From assembly GCF_001194135.2 (NCBI RefSeq), contig NC_068982.1, positions 174,248,852-174,284,575 on the forward strand: a DNA stretch of 35,724 bases, written 5' to 3'. This stretch comes from Octopus bimaculoides (lineage: Eukaryota). The position numbers and the translations under genes are program-made. Positions 1-13,200 of this stretch are shown one piece after another. The notes under the pieces are model-generated. The model was not told where the DNA came from and searched no databases. It saw only the letters and a list, made by a program, of their open reading frames with translations. Every line of letters begins with the position of its first letter. The first letter of the stretch is position 1.

Positions 1-235
1 AAAGAGAGAAGCGAATATCTCAAGAGAGTAAAGAATGGTGCTAGGCTAGAAACTAAATGGAGGGAAAAGTGACTCTGCGGTAAACACATGGGCAGTCTCT
101 CTAATAAGATATTCTGCAACTTTCCCGAACTGGCCTAATGAAGATCTAAAACACCTTGGTTGTAAGACCAGAAAGAAAATCTCCATTACAGGTCCTTATA
201 TCCTAGAGACAATGAGGATCAAAAGCTATCTCCCT
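1..235 (+). mobile_element. Decayed R4/Dong-like (RLE-type) non-LTR retrotransposon RT-region fragment
   Basis: Frameshifted translation EYLKRV / RMVLG*KLNGGKSDSAVNTWAVSLIRYSATFPNWPNEDLKHLGCKTRKKI resembles the recalled EY.RR.R.VL.SKLNG.N...A.NTWAVS..RY....W...EL..LD.KTRK segment of R4/Dong-clade ORFs. It is truncated by the window edge. Confidence 0.7.
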
Positions 236-1464
236 TTTGGGGGGGGGGTATGTCGTCTATAGACTGGGGTTTGCTTTTTAGGATTGGAGAGAAATCAACT
301 TTTAATTCTTTTTCATGTACAATATCTGGCTTTAGCGATTGTTCAGATTGTTTCTTTCAAAAATTCATTCCTTTTGGTTTATGCTTTTTTGTTGGGAGAA
401 ATTCAATCTTAATCTATTGATCTAAATATATTACTGCTTGTTTATTATGTCCAGTCATCAGAAATGAAACAGTAAAGTGAAACCCATTGAGATTTAAGCT
501 GAGACGTGAGATATACAAACTAAATAGACTAATGCACTTTACTGTCTCAACCTACCTTATAACGATATTAACACCTATCTTTTTGTTTCTATAATTATTC
601 TTGCATGACTACTTATGGTTTCTTATGATTCAAAATATTGTTTATTTATTGATATTTGGAGCAAATATTCTTTGTTCCATATCAGTTTTTACCTCCAGTC
701 TCCACTTTTATATTAAGCTATTAAAATTTCTACTTTACATCCCGCAGCAGCTTTTGTTGCTTTTGATATACGATTTATAGTAATTGGAAGTAAAATTTCA
801 AAAGTTGTTTTTATTACCTTGAGTCTTTCAGCACATTCTTTAGTTTTTCTTTCTCTCTCATTTCTAGTGTTTTGTATCTTTATTTTCATATCATATTTAT
901 ATCTTTTCTTTATAACATTATTAAAACCGTTAGCAAAACTCTGCATATTGTAATGAAAGCAAGTGTATAGCAATTTCAGTTCTCTATTGTAAAACTCAAA
1001 GTTTTCACTATGAGTTAAGTTGTTCGAATAACTCTATTTTCTTCCCATTACAACCCAAGTATGCACCACTTATACTAATGCACAAGTTGTAGCAGTAACA
1101 CCAGCATACTGATGCTGTAATAATGATCGCACTGCCTTTGTAAAGTAACCTGAACTAACAATGACAAACACCATCGCCAAATAGCACTAACAGAATTTTG
1201 GGAAGTTGACCCACGATATGTGAAATAGCTGAGAATTATTTACCAGGTGACTCACAGTCATTCTACAAACTTTCTGCGGAATACAAGGTGACCACAATGG
1301 TTAGCCAGCAGGGAAATATGATCAACGAATAAGAACCAGAATTCAAAAGCAAGAACGACTATAGTTTTGGTAGTGTTTAAATCGAACAATCCCACCATTC
1401 ATTGTACCACTATATTATAATTAATTATCTGATTTGATTTAAATAAACAGCAGTAATATATTAG

Positions 1465-1645
1465 TTTCAAATTTTGGCACAAGACCAGCAAGCTCTTGGG
1501 GACGGGGTAGGTCGGTGTAATCGACCTCAGTGCTCAGCCGGTACTTATTTTATCGACCCCGAAAGGATGAGAGGCAAAGTCGTCCTAGACGGAATTTGAA
1601 CTCAGAACGTAAGGATGAACAAAATGACGCTGAGCATTTTGCCAA
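1465..1645 (-). mobile_element. tRNA-derived SINE, family A (5'-truncated)
   Basis: Reverse complement of the family A body seen at 5480-5703: gaactcagaac (B-box), aaaggatgagaggcaaagtcg, cgacctcagtgctcagccggtac and the 3' end tttcaaattttggcac. Confidence 0.85.
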
Positions 1646-1729
1646 GAAAAGTATTGAAACCGTTACAAACGACCAAATCTCTAAGGTCAGTAATATATTG
1701 AAATCAATGCAAATGACCAAAACTCCAAG

Positions 1730-2045
1730 ATCAGATTAGGTCAGATGTGGGGGCATACACCGTTGCAGCTCGTTGTTGCATTCACTATCTGTCGATAAAA
1801 TTCCCAGGTCCTCCCTGGTGACTTGTCGAGCAAAATCCCAGTCAGTCCCTATCTGCGCGAGATACCTCCTGATCTGCCGTGACCATGTAGCATGTGGTCG
1901 ACCAACAGAAGCTGTCAATCCAGCCGGATCCTCATTGAAGAGAACACGGTAAGCAAGATCTAACTCGGAAAATCGAGCAATGTGGCCAAACAGTCTGAAC
2001 TGGCACTCCTGAATCATACTACAAGTACTTGTAATCGTCTGTGCT
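1730..2045 (-). mobile_element. RTE-like LINE 3' fragment (post-RT C-terminus and short repeat tail)
   Basis: ORF 1736-2059 reads QFRLFGHIARF...VGRPHATWSRQIRRYL, which resembles the RL.LFGH.AR...GRP..TW motif at RTE ORF ends. It is followed by a short ctgacct/aatctga repeat-like tail. Confidence 0.7.
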
Positions 2046-2696
2046 TCTTCATAAAGCAAAATATAAAAAAAAACAATAAACGGTTTATTATGAAAGCAGA
2101 TGCTTGAGCAATCTGTAAAACACTGGGAAAATGGCTTATAACTCTTATTTGCGTCGTCTTCGATTGCAAGTTCAAATCTTTCATACTCTACTTTTTGTTA
2201 GCACCAGTCAAGCACTCAGATCAATTTCATCGAATCGGTTACATACCCCTTCATCAAAATAGTTAATTTGATAGAAATCAATGAATTTCACCATTGTCGA
2301 TAATAGTTTGTTTTGACTAGACAGCACGTAAATTTTTATAAGAATACTTACTGATGTATATTTTTTTATTATCATCGTAGAGATGAAAGATGAACTTAGC
2401 CTATGGCATATTTTCAACTCATAACGTATTGGGGCAGAAACTATAAATATCATCAAGCAATTAGTACGACGCACTTTACCTAAACCGTTCAATCCAAACC
2501 GAACCGGCGCTTTTAATGTTGTTGTTTCATGTCTAATGCTAGTAACAGCCAGTGTGTACGTGTTTATATTTGGTATGTGTGTATGCGTGTGTGTGAGTAT
2601 ATGCCAGTGTGCGCGTGCGTACTAGCGCCTGCATGTAAAGATAGGCGGCTTTACCCGACAAGAATTATTCTAATTGCTGTCATTTTTTCTTTATTT

Positions 2697-2905
2697 CAGA
2701 CCAGCCCTTGACCCACAGACCAATGATCAAAGGCTTTCTAGTCATAACGATTCCGCTTATTTTGGCTTATCACTTTGTATTTATTTCATCATAATGTATA
2801 TAGGACTACATTATCCAATAAGTCATTTTTTTTATGACAGTAGGGAGGGATTTGAGAAAGATTTGACTGCTATTTCTAAAAGATCAAGTGATCATATAAG
2901 ACGCC
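2697..2905 (+). repeat. Unclassified interspersed repeat, family C (copy 1)
   Basis: Shares short motifs (ccagccatgaccat-like, ggactacattatccaat, gatttgactgctatttcta) with 26365-26600 and, reversed, with 21525-21665 and 18384-18441. Aligned by eye only. Confidence 0.4.
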
Positions 2906-3145
2906 TTCTCATTGGCTCATTATTTTAGTATTTTCCAGCTACTTTTCTTTTTCTTTGTGCTGTTTTTTCTTCTATTTTTTCCTCCCTTTGTGTGCTGTTG
3001 TATTTTGCCTGTTGTTAATGGCTGCCGTCAAGCTTGTTACTAACTGTGTTGTATGATGATTAAGCAAGATGGAAATATCGATTCTGAAACCTGCTTAGTA
3101 AATCGATCTTTCGGCCAATAATATCCCCCGCCATTATTTTTCTGT

Positions 3146-3360
3146 ATGCATATTTATGTTGTTGTTGTTGTTGGTGTTACTATTGTTAATATCATTGCTT
3201 TTATTATTGAAGCCGTCGCAGTCGTCGTCGTCGCCATCGTCGTCATCGTCGTTGTCGACGCCAATGTTGTTGTTTTTCTTGTTGTTGTCGACGACGTAGA
3301 CGGTGACGTCGATTTATGTTTCTGCTGTTGTTGTTTTATTGTTGTACTCGCAGTGAGTGG
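3146..3360. repeat. Degenerate (GTT/GTC)n trinucleotide microsatellite
   Basis: Runs of gtt, gtc and gac directly visible. Confidence 0.85.
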
Positions 3361-3574
3361 AGAAAGATAGAGGACAGGGACAAATATGCATAAGTGTATG
3401 CATGCTCGTATGCACGTGTGTATGCATAAATATGTGTGTGTTTCATATACATACATGCATACATATTTATGCATTTATGTCCTTGTATATTTATAAAATG
3501 AAAGACAGGGGTAGTGAGAGAATATAACCGGTATTGTGTGCGCGTGCATGTTTATCGTTGTTGTAATTGTTGTT

Positions 3575-3757
3575 NNNNNNNNNNNNNNNNNNNNNNNNNN
3601 NNNNNNNNNNNNNNNNNNNNNNNNNNNNNNNNNNNNNNNNNNNNNNNNNNNNNNNNNNNNNNNNNNNNNNNNNNNNNNNNNNNNNNNNNNNNNNNNNNNN
3701 NNNNNNNNNNNNNNNNNNNNNNNNNNNNNNNNNNNNNNNNNNNNNNNNNNNNNNNNN
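3575..3757. other. Assembly gap (N run)
   Basis: Ns in the sequence. Confidence 1.
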
Positions 3758-4029
3758 TATATACATACACACACTCATATAAATATAAATACACACACAT
3801 ATATAAATACACACACGCACATAAAAGTACATACATATGTATGACTATAAATAAATATATATGCATATGTATGTATGTATGTATGTATGTATACATATAT
3901 ATATATATATACATACATATGCATATAAACATGCATACATATTTATGCATTTATGTCCTTGTATATTTATAAAATGAAAGACAGGGGTAGTGAGAGAATA
4001 TAACCGGTATTGTGTGCGCGTGCATGTTT

Positions 4030-4257
4030 ATCGTTGTTGTAATTGTTGTTGTTGTTCTTGTTGTTGCTGTTGTAATTGTTGTTTTGTTGGTTTCGCTGTT
4101 GTTTTTTTTTGTTGAACTGCATAGAGAAAGATACGGGGGAAAGAGACAGGTATAACACCGAGATTATTATGTGTGTATGTTTGAATGTATGTTTATATGT
4201 GTGCATTTATGTTTGTATGTGCTTCGGTATGAATGCATATTGTCATTGTATTTGTGG

Positions 4258-4295
<38 letters not shown>

Positions 4296-4681
4296 GCTGT
4301 TGTTGTTGGTGTTGTTGCTGTTGTTATTGTTGTTGTTGTTGTTGTTGTTGTTGCTGCTGTGAATGGAAGGGAGAAATTAACGAAGAAAGATGATTATGAT
4401 GATGAGACACAGAAGCCATAATTGCATGTGTGCAATTGTTTTGTTTGCTTGTTTGTATGCATGTGTGTGTGCGTGCGTGTATGCATGTGTGTGTATGTAT
4501 GTATGTGCGTGTGTGTGTGTGTGTGTGATTTTGATTGTGTGGTTGTGTATATGCATGTGCATGCGATTAGCTGTAGTTGCTGGTGTCGGCGCCACCGTCA
4601 TCGCGGCCGTGAATGGTTTAGAAGAGAAAAAAGATAGAAAGTGATAGACGTGATATGTGTGTGCCTATAAACACACATATA

Positions 4682-4713
<32 letters not shown>

Positions 4714-4750
4714 CATATATACATATGCATATATTGGTGTATGTGTGTGC

Positions 4751-4782
<32 letters not shown>

Positions 4783-5170
4783 ATATACGTGTGTGTGTGT
4801 GTGTGTGTACATAGAGAAGAGAGACAGACAAATAAATAGTAACGACATTCAAACATAACCTTTATATTATTAGATATGTGTGTGTGTGAAAGAGTGTGTA
4901 TGAGTGTGTGTGTATATGTGTGTGTGTGTGTGTATGTGTGTGTGTGTGCGTGTGTGCGTGTGCGTGTGTGTTTTAAGTGAATAACATGGGAGAGTAGGAG
5001 AGCGTATGAGGTAATGAGATGAAAGAGTGACATGTGCGACAAGATAAAAAGGAGAAAAGGAAGAAAGAGACAAAGAGAAATGAAGTGATACACACACAAA
5101 CACACACACACATATACATAGGCTTATACCGTTATATGTACATGCGTGTGCCTCTGTGTGTGTGTGTGTG
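4030..5170. repeat. Compound microsatellite region: (GTT)n, (TG)n, (TA)n, (TATG)n
   Basis: Directly visible, for example (gtt)n at about 4259-4357. Confidence 0.9.
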
Positions 5171-5479
5171 AAGAGAGGGAGACGAATAGATATACAGACA
5201 GACAAATAGAATACGACCTCATAATTAAGATGTGTATGAGTGGATATTGCTGCAATGAATGACAAAAGATAAAAGCAGAGCGATGAGGGTGAGAGAGGAA
5301 AAAAAAAGAGAATGGCAAACAGGAGAGGAGGGGAGATAGGGGACGGACGGTGTGCGATAAACAAAGAAACTGATATGGAGACGAACAGACAGATAGACAG
5401 AGAGGGGGAAGGAAAATACTGAGTGATGGGAAGGATGCTGAGACTGTAAATGAGGATAAATAATATTCTCATAATTGGA

Positions 5480-5703
5480 AGGCGGCGAACTTCCAGAAAC
5501 GTTAGGACGCCGGGCGAAATGCTCAGCGGTATTTCGTCTGTTTTTTCACGTTCTCAGTTCAAATTCCGACGAGTTCGACTTTACCTTTCATCCTTTCGGG
5601 GGTTGATAAATTAAGTACCAGTTGTGTACTGGGGTGGATCTAATCGACTGGCCAAAAATTTCGCCAAAAATTTCGGGCGTTGTGCCTAGAGTAGAAATTT
5701 TTT
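5480..5703 (+). mobile_element. Full-length tRNA-derived SINE, family A, with 14-bp TSD
   Basis: 5' end aggcggcgaacttccagaaacgttagg, B-box-like agttcaaattcc, and 3' end gtgcctagagtagaaa. The perfect direct repeat ttctcataattgga lies at 5466-5479 and 5704-5717. Confidence 0.92.
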
Positions 5704-6092
5704 TTCTCATAATTGGATATGTGTCGAATATCGCAGTCGGGATATGACGGCAGATATGAACTGAGAGAGTACATATAATGAGGGGGTGGGAGAGACGAGA
5801 GAGACAGAGAGACAGAGGGACAAAAGGATTCGAAATTAGACAGAGACAGAGAGAGAGACAGAGAGATTAAAAGAGAAAGTGAGGCCTGAATGTAAAGAAA
5901 CATATGTGCCAAAAAGTTAGAGATAGATGATATACTGGGAGAAAAGAGAGAGTATAAAGAGAAGACACAAAGTGATAAAAAAAAAATACTAATAATACTA
6001 CCATTATTTAGAGTGTACGCGTATGTGTGTGTGTGTGTGTGTGTGTGTTTGTGTGTGTGCGTAATGATATATCCAATGAGATGAAAGAATAT

Positions 6093-6208
6093 NNNNNNNN
6101 NNNNNNNNNNNNNNNNNNNNNNNNNNNNNNNNNNNNNNNNNNNNNNNNNNNNNNNNNNNNNNNNNNNNNNNNNNNNNNNNNNNNNNNNNNNNNNNNNNNN
6201 NNNNNNNN
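6093..6208. other. Assembly gap (N run)
   Basis: Ns in the sequence. Confidence 1.
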
Positions 6209-6278
6209 ATATATATCCTCATATACTCATATATATATATATACACACACGCATGTGTGTATGTATGTGTGCATATGC

Positions 6279-6333
<55 letters not shown>

Positions 6334-6959
6334 AATGGTGAGAAAAGAGGCAGACAGAGAGAAAGCGAGAGGTGGGAAAGATGAGAGGATCAGAAAATCA
6401 GAGACTGGGTAGAAAAAGAAAAAAAACTGACAAGTGAATGATAGAAGAGATATAACAGAGAGATACGAGAGAGAAAATAGCAGCGGATATAAACAGAGAG
6501 AGAGAGAGAGAAAGAGAGAGAACGGATGGCATAAAAACGGAAACGAGTGCAGTGTAGAGAGAGATGCTGCAAGGCATGGTACAGAGAGCATGCGTATGCG
6601 TTAGAAAGCAACGAAGACGGAAGCAAATATTCTCATTACTGGTCGCGTATTGTTGCACTGAATGGTTGCAGAGGATCGTTGAAGAGATGTAAAGAAAGGC
6701 TGAGAAGAAAGAGAGAGGGACCGAGAGCAAGAAAAAGGCTAAATGTTACAAAGGAGTGAGGAGTGAGGAGTGAGCTAGAGGAAGGGGAAAAGTGTGAAGA
6801 GAGAGAGGGAATATTGCTATTAATATTAAATTGTAATGTTTGATGTGATCCTCTTTACTGATTTCTAGAATATTAAAATATTATCCCCTATAAGTACGCT
6901 ATGTCTGTATATGCATCTGAACATACGTATATACATGTATGTGTACATACACACACACA

Positions 6960-7067
<108 letters not shown>

Positions 7068-7449
7068 TATAAATTCATATGTATGTATATATGTGTGTGT
7101 GCGTATTCAAATGTATATATATTTATATATGAATGCATATGTATATACATATAGACGTATGCACAAGCATATATACTTATATATACACATATATATATTT
7201 TATATTATATTATATATATATATATCGTACATACATACATACATACATACGTGAACGTGTGTTTGTCCGTGTGTGTCCATGTATGTGTGTGTGTATGTGT
7301 CTATTTGAGTATCAATTGTATATGTGCATATACATTGCATAGAAATTGCAATGTATAACTTTATGCAACAGGGGACATGTAGGACAATACAAATGCATTT
7401 GGAATAGCAATATTAAATGTTTTTCACTTTGTTGATGCTATTTCCATTA

Positions 7450-8045
7450 CTTTTCCTTTTTGTTATTGTTGTTGTTCTTCTTATTTTTATTGTTCTTCTT
7501 CTTATTATTATTATTGATGTTCCAGTTCTTGTTGTTGTTTTTGTTGTTATTATAACTTGAACGGCTGTGATTTCTTTCTCATTTTGTTTCCCAATTGTTG
7601 TTACGGTGGCCGGAATTGCTGGTTTTATTGTTGAATTTGTTGTCGTTGCTGTTGCTGTTGCTGCTGCTGCTGATGCTGCTGCTGCTGCCGTTGCTGATGC
7701 TGCTGTTGTTGCTGCTGCTACTGCAGTTAGTATTGTTGCATAGATCTTGTTGTTCTTGCATACATTGTTTCGATTGTTGTTGTTGTTTTGGATGATGATG
7801 ATGATGATGATGATGATGGTGGTGGTGAGGAGGTGGAGGATGTCTTTTTTGTTCTTGTCCTTATTGTTTTTAGCGTTAATTGTTGCTGGAAATGCTTCAA
7901 TTATTGTTGTTGCTGCTAATGTTGTTGTCGTTGTTATTGTCGTTGTTGTTGTTTCTGCAATTACTGTAATGTAGTAATTTATTTGGCTGTTAAAAGTGTT
8001 CCTATAATTGTTGTTGTTGCTGTTGTTGTGGTCATTGGTTCTGCT
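7450..8045. repeat. Compound trinucleotide microsatellite (GTT/GCT/GAT/TTA)
   Basis: Directly visible; it accounts for ORF 7413-8066. Confidence 0.9.
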
Positions 8046-8174
8046 GCTAACGCGGCTTCTAATCATATAACTATAACATAACTACGATACGAAATACATT
8101 AGTACACATACATGTGTAAACAATAGCGCGACGAACTAAATGCTTTACAATATACAGTTTTCCCTGTTTCTACT

Positions 8175-8575
8175 TTCTGGGTTCGAATTCATCTAGAAGT
8201 GGTTTTGTTCTTCATTTCATAGGGTGATTACACTCGAGTATATTCTGAGTTCAAATCCCACTGATTTTGGTGTCGATTTTGCCTTGTTTTAGAATCAGTC
8301 AGAATACATAATTACTTGATATGTTGTAAAAGAAGGCGGAAAATTGAAGCAGCTAAGAGGTTTCCTTAAAAATTTTTAGGTTTATGTCAACTTATGAAGA
8401 AAATATAGTGACTGAATGTACTGCAATAACTTCGTTAGAGCTTCGGACAAAATAGCTTGCGGTACTTATTTCTGCATTTTTTATTTTTATTTTTGTCTTG
8501 AGTTCATATTCTGACGAGGTAAACAAAATAAAGCACTCATCGAATACTGGGTTTGATGCAATCCGCTATTGCCCT
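8175..8575 (+). mobile_element. Heavily decayed family A SINE remnants
   Basis: Fragments gggttcgaattc, ttctgagttcaaatccc, gtcgattttgcctt, gagttcatattctgacgagg and gaatactgggtttgatgcaatc. Confidence 0.4.
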
Positions 8576-8614
8576 TCTTCAATTTTTTGTCTTATTACCT
8601 ATAATAGAAATTAC

Positions 8615-8665
<51 letters not shown>

Positions 8666-8726
8666 CGTCGTCGTCGTCTTCGTCGTCGTCGTCGTCGTTG
8701 TTGTTGTTGTTGTTGTTGTTGTTGTT
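8615..8726. repeat. (TTG)n(TCG)n(TTG)n microsatellite, probable (CAA)n tail of the adjacent element
   Basis: Directly visible and abuts the element at 8727. Confidence 0.9.
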
Positions 8727-9275
8727 AAGTGAGAAAGCAACTCGTGCCGTCAAAGTGACACTGAGCTACAAATTTACGAAGCCCAGTATACCCATCATGA
8801 CTACCCGTCTGATAAGGGTACACCAGGTACATGCATCACAACCATATGTGCGCGACATAGTGATCTTATATCAAGATAAACAATGCATGACCCTGCAGTT
8901 GTAGTCCAGTTAGAATTTTCTTCAGGTCGAGTAGCCCATCCCTCTCAAAAGGTACCTGAACACGGCTTGTTTAGGAATGATGAACGAAGCATCCGTGTTC
9001 CCAGAGGTGAATTGTTCAAACCCCAAAGAATTCCTCTGCACACAAGGATCTGATGCTCCCCTACTTGTCCTGCTCAGAATCAGGGATGCACATGTCATCA
9101 GTCACTAAGGGACACACTCAACTAGCTAGGATCAAGCAACTGACAAGCAAATCTGTGGTATTGAGCAGGATATTTGCTGTAGCCCATCTTTTACACCAAG
9201 ACAAAACATGTACATGATAACACTTCCAATCAATTAAGATCAGTTCCATGAGAGCCACTGTTTGGTACTGAATGA
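8727..9275 (-). mobile_element. ~550-bp non-coding interspersed element with (CAA)n tail, possibly RTE-mobilised (family E, copy 1)
   Basis: Collinear with 24716-25192 (catcatgactacc, gggtacac, catcacaac, tcaagataaaca, ttcaaacc, cactaagggaca, gcccatctttt). Both copies abut a (TTG)n tract at the same end. Confidence 0.7.
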
Positions 9276-9460
9276 GACCATAAGCCACACCAGTTGAGCT
9301 GACAGAATTGTTAAGCGCCGATATTATTATTTGTTTTTACTACATACAAAATAGTTTTTCAAACTCAATATTGCTGTACTAATGGCGTCTTCTACAGCAA
9401 AATTCTTTCAGCATTGCTCATATTAGTAGCATCCATTACAACAAATATGTAATATATCTC

Positions 9461-9673
9461 GTTTCTACTTTAGGCACAAGGCCCTAAATTTTGGGGGAAC
9501 GGGCCAGTCGATTAGATCGACCCCAGTACGCAACGGGCATTTAATTTATCGACCCCAAGAGGATGAAAGGCAAAGTCGACCTCGGCGGAATTTGAACTCA
9601 GAACGTAAAGACAGACGAAATACCGCTAAGCATTTCGCCCGGCGTGCTAACGCTTCTGCCAGCTCGCCGTCTT
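9461..9673 (-). mobile_element. Full-length tRNA-derived SINE, family A
   Basis: Near-complete reverse complement of 5480-5703. The imperfect TSD is atgtaatatatct (9447-9459) versus atgtaaatatatct (9676-9689). Confidence 0.92.
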
Positions 9674-11280
9674 ACATGTAAATATATCTAAAAAGAGAAA
9701 CACCCATGTTTAACCCGTTGATTGAGAAAGCAAAATATTGCCTAAAGTGCATTTATTTGACTAATTTCAACCAATATTAAGCACGACTTTAGTCAGACTG
9801 CGACTCAGAACGCATGCCGTCGATACATATTTTACAGAATATTTTATAACTAAAACGCAGTAACATTTTTGTATGAAATTGAACTAGAGGCCGTATGTCT
9901 GACAACCCAGACCTAAAAGTATCTATATTGCTGCTGGATACACTGTCACCTGACGGTATTTATAAAACTGACAGACACACTATCACCAAGTAGTACTGGG
10001 GAAACTAGTAGACAAATTACAGAGATGGATGAAATAAAATGGAAGATAGACTACTAGGCAATAGTAAGAAGAAAATGGGATTATTCTAATGGAATATGTA
10101 AAATAGGTAGACAGAATAAATTGAAATTGCATGGGTATACTCGGTGGACAAATGGATGTTACGGAATTTGTATCATAATTATTTGTATATAACTGCATCT
10201 GTGAACATATTTTTAGAGACAATCACAGTTCTTAGGATAGACGTTTCTAAAGAATTTGGTAGAATTTATCTATCCTCAAAAGTCACACGCAATTCTGAAT
10301 AATAAGAATCTCAAAGTATATGTTTTGTAGGATCTTTTAACATTGGTGAAGTTTGTCTTATGCTTTGTCTTACATTCTAAGATTTAACAGGTAGGCAAAT
10401 CACCACACATGCATTCAGTGAACAAGATACAATCGCAAATAGATACTGACAGAAATATATACATACTTACAAACATATATGTGTATGTGTGTATGCATGT
10501 AGGTATGTGTGTGTATATGCAGACTTACACACAGACATAAACAAGCTCAAATACCTACATATATATGCATGTATGTATGTTTGTTTATGTATGTATGTAT
10601 GCATGTAAGTGCTAGTGACATCGTCATTCCTATGTTTATATTTGAGATTCTATTTGTTCCGTTATTTTCCTTATATATAGATAATTATCAGCAAGGAACA
10701 TTTCTCAATGAAAATAAAGATAAAGTTATATATATTCATCTAATTATATAATATAACACGACAAAAAAAAGCAATAAAAAAACGCTGTAATTTTTCTCTG
10801 TCTGAGGTAATTTTTCTTTCGTTTCTTTATTTTATCTTACCTTGTTTTATATATTTGGAGCTTACTTCTAGTCGACTGAATGACAAATTGACTTTCAAAA
10901 TAGAATTCTTTCTTTCGAAAATAATTTCAGAATTCGGCAGTAAAATACTGCATAACTTGGAATCTTTATATTCACGAAGAGTCTTAATCGGCTTGAAAAA
11001 CAAAATAAATAAATCAGAGACATAAAAATAAAAGCTATATACACACTCCAGGCTCAGTACGCTGGAATAAATCTATTAGACATAAAACAACAGTGCTGCT
11101 TTATCTGAAGACCGGTAAAGTAAAAAAGAAACGGAGTAGGCTCGTCAGCGAACGGTTGGTTGGTATTCTGTAAATCTTTATCGTTCTTATTCGTTCCTTG
11201 TACAAACACTAAACAAGGATAACTTCAAAAACTTATGCATATACATATACTATAATATATATACATACATATATGCATAC

Positions 11281-11285
<5 letters not shown>

Positions 11286-11351
<66 letters not shown>

Positions 11352-11403
11352 NNNNNNNNNNNNNNNNNNNNNNNNNNNNNNNNNNNNNNNNNNNNNNNNN
11401 NNN

Positions 11404-11488
<85 letters not shown>
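11286..11488. repeat. (AC)n and (TG)n tracts facing each other across a 52-N gap (11352-11403)
   Basis: Directly visible. Confidence 0.95.
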
Positions 11489-11491
<3 letters not shown>

Positions 11492-12039
11492 AATGCCTGT
11501 GTGTGTATTGCTAGTTTTCGAGCACGATTTTCAAAGGAAATATTTCACAGAAGGTCTGAGAGTTTGTGGCAGCATTTTTAGTTTGATGTATGTTTTTACA
11601 AATGTAAGTTAAATAAAAATGTAAAGAATAAAAAAGAAATTCCTACAAAAATGTTCCTAAAATATCTTCGAAACGGAATTTCTGACTAATCGCTTCTGAT
11701 ACCTATTTTCTAGGAAAGAAGAACGTTATTCTTTAAAAGAAATGGCTAATGTAAGAGAAAGGAGTGCTACCATAAAATTGCTTGTGTGATTTGTGTAGTG
11801 TTCTTCAATCTTTCAGCAATAGAATCGATAAGGCTACCGCCAAAGTAGAGTAGATTCCACCTAGTCGTTGATCCATCAGCTGAAGTCATCTCGCTGAGAA
11901 GCCTAACAAACATGTTGAACCATTGGACATACGCTGATATCACACAGAAAGCAGTGAATGTTCAAGTCTTGAAGGCAGTGCACTGCTATGGCATTAGATG
12001 TAATAGCTGAAACTAATTAAAGAACTAAAAAGAAAATAG

Positions 12040-12047
12040 AGAGAGTG

Positions 12048-12082
<35 letters not shown>

Positions 12083-12180
12083 GATAGATAGATAGGTAGG
12101 TAGGTAGGTAGGTAGGTAAGTAGGTAGGCAGACAGGTAGGCATGCAGGCATGCAGGCAGGCAGGCAAGCAGACGGCATAC
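12040..12180. repeat. Compound tetranucleotide microsatellite (AAAG)n(AGAT)n(AGGT)n(AGGC)n
   Basis: Directly visible. Confidence 0.9.
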
Positions 12181-13119
12181 ACACAGGCACCGAGAGAGAA
12201 AATTTAGGTTTATATTTGAAAGCATTTATTCTGTGCCCATAATTCTTTCCGTACGCTTTAAAACGATCCCTCGTGGACAGAACATATCATAGATACGCGT
12301 GCGCGCACACGCACGCACACACACATACACAAACATACACACTCACACACACGCGTGTGTGAGTGTGTATGTATATGTTTATAAGTGTGTATATGTACAT
12401 TCATGTGCACTTATATGCAAATGTGTGTACATATACTCTCTCTTTCTTTCACACACACACACACACACATACACACACATACATACGAAACTGGTGCCTG
12501 ATTCTGCCTCATCCTTCAGACACTAATGTGTCGAAACCGAGTCAAAGATACAGCATAGTACCATATACGCATCCTCTTTATATCGATATATTGTGCCTCC
12601 CCCCCCCCCCACATAGACTTTTGACATAGACAGCATAGTATGCGCACACACAACGATAGTGGCGCGGGCAGCAGAAGCAGTTTTGCCTCGCAACCCGTAC
12701 ATGCTTAAGGATCCATAAGCAATAAATATTAAATTTATATTTTAGATGGCATTAGATTTGTTTTAATCTTTATCACCCGCATTCTTATAGAGCCGTCTTA
12801 AATAATTCAACTAGTTCCGACATATTGGATTAAAATCAGATAACTTTATATACAGACATAAACGGTTCCCCTTACAATACATTTTAACATTTAAACACAA
12901 AAATAAGGTTACCCAAATGTGTGTTTGGGAAAGAGAGAGAGAGAGTTTGTGAAAAAGAGAGGAGAGTATGCTTTTGTACATTCGACAAATAGATTCTTTC
13001 ATACTACTTTCACATCCCAAGACGAGATAGAATGTGTTAGGTGATACATGTCATATCTTGTTATATCATATATCTATTCATACTTAAGATGTTTTGCGAG
13101 ATCACAAATTCATTCCCGT

Positions 13120-13200
13120 ACTTCACTAGTAACTCATTTTTCTGAAACTGGAAGGATGAAAGGCAAAGCTAACCCCTTGGGTATTCGATCTCTGAAAGTA
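13120..13200 (-). mobile_element. Family A SINE remnant
   Basis: Contains ggaaggatgaaaggcaaagctaacc, a central family A motif. Confidence 0.45.

Noticed and set aside
713-973. 86-aa minus-strand ORF in about 1.1 kb of non-repetitive AT-rich sequence
   Set aside because: No motif that I recognise, and stops flank it in frame. It could be a decayed TE or viral relic, but I cannot support that without a profile search.
12519-12543. gacac-taat-gtgtc hairpin followed by GAAAC and GTC
   Set aside because: It resembles a hammerhead 3' half, but there is no upstream CTGANGA and no stem I pairing.
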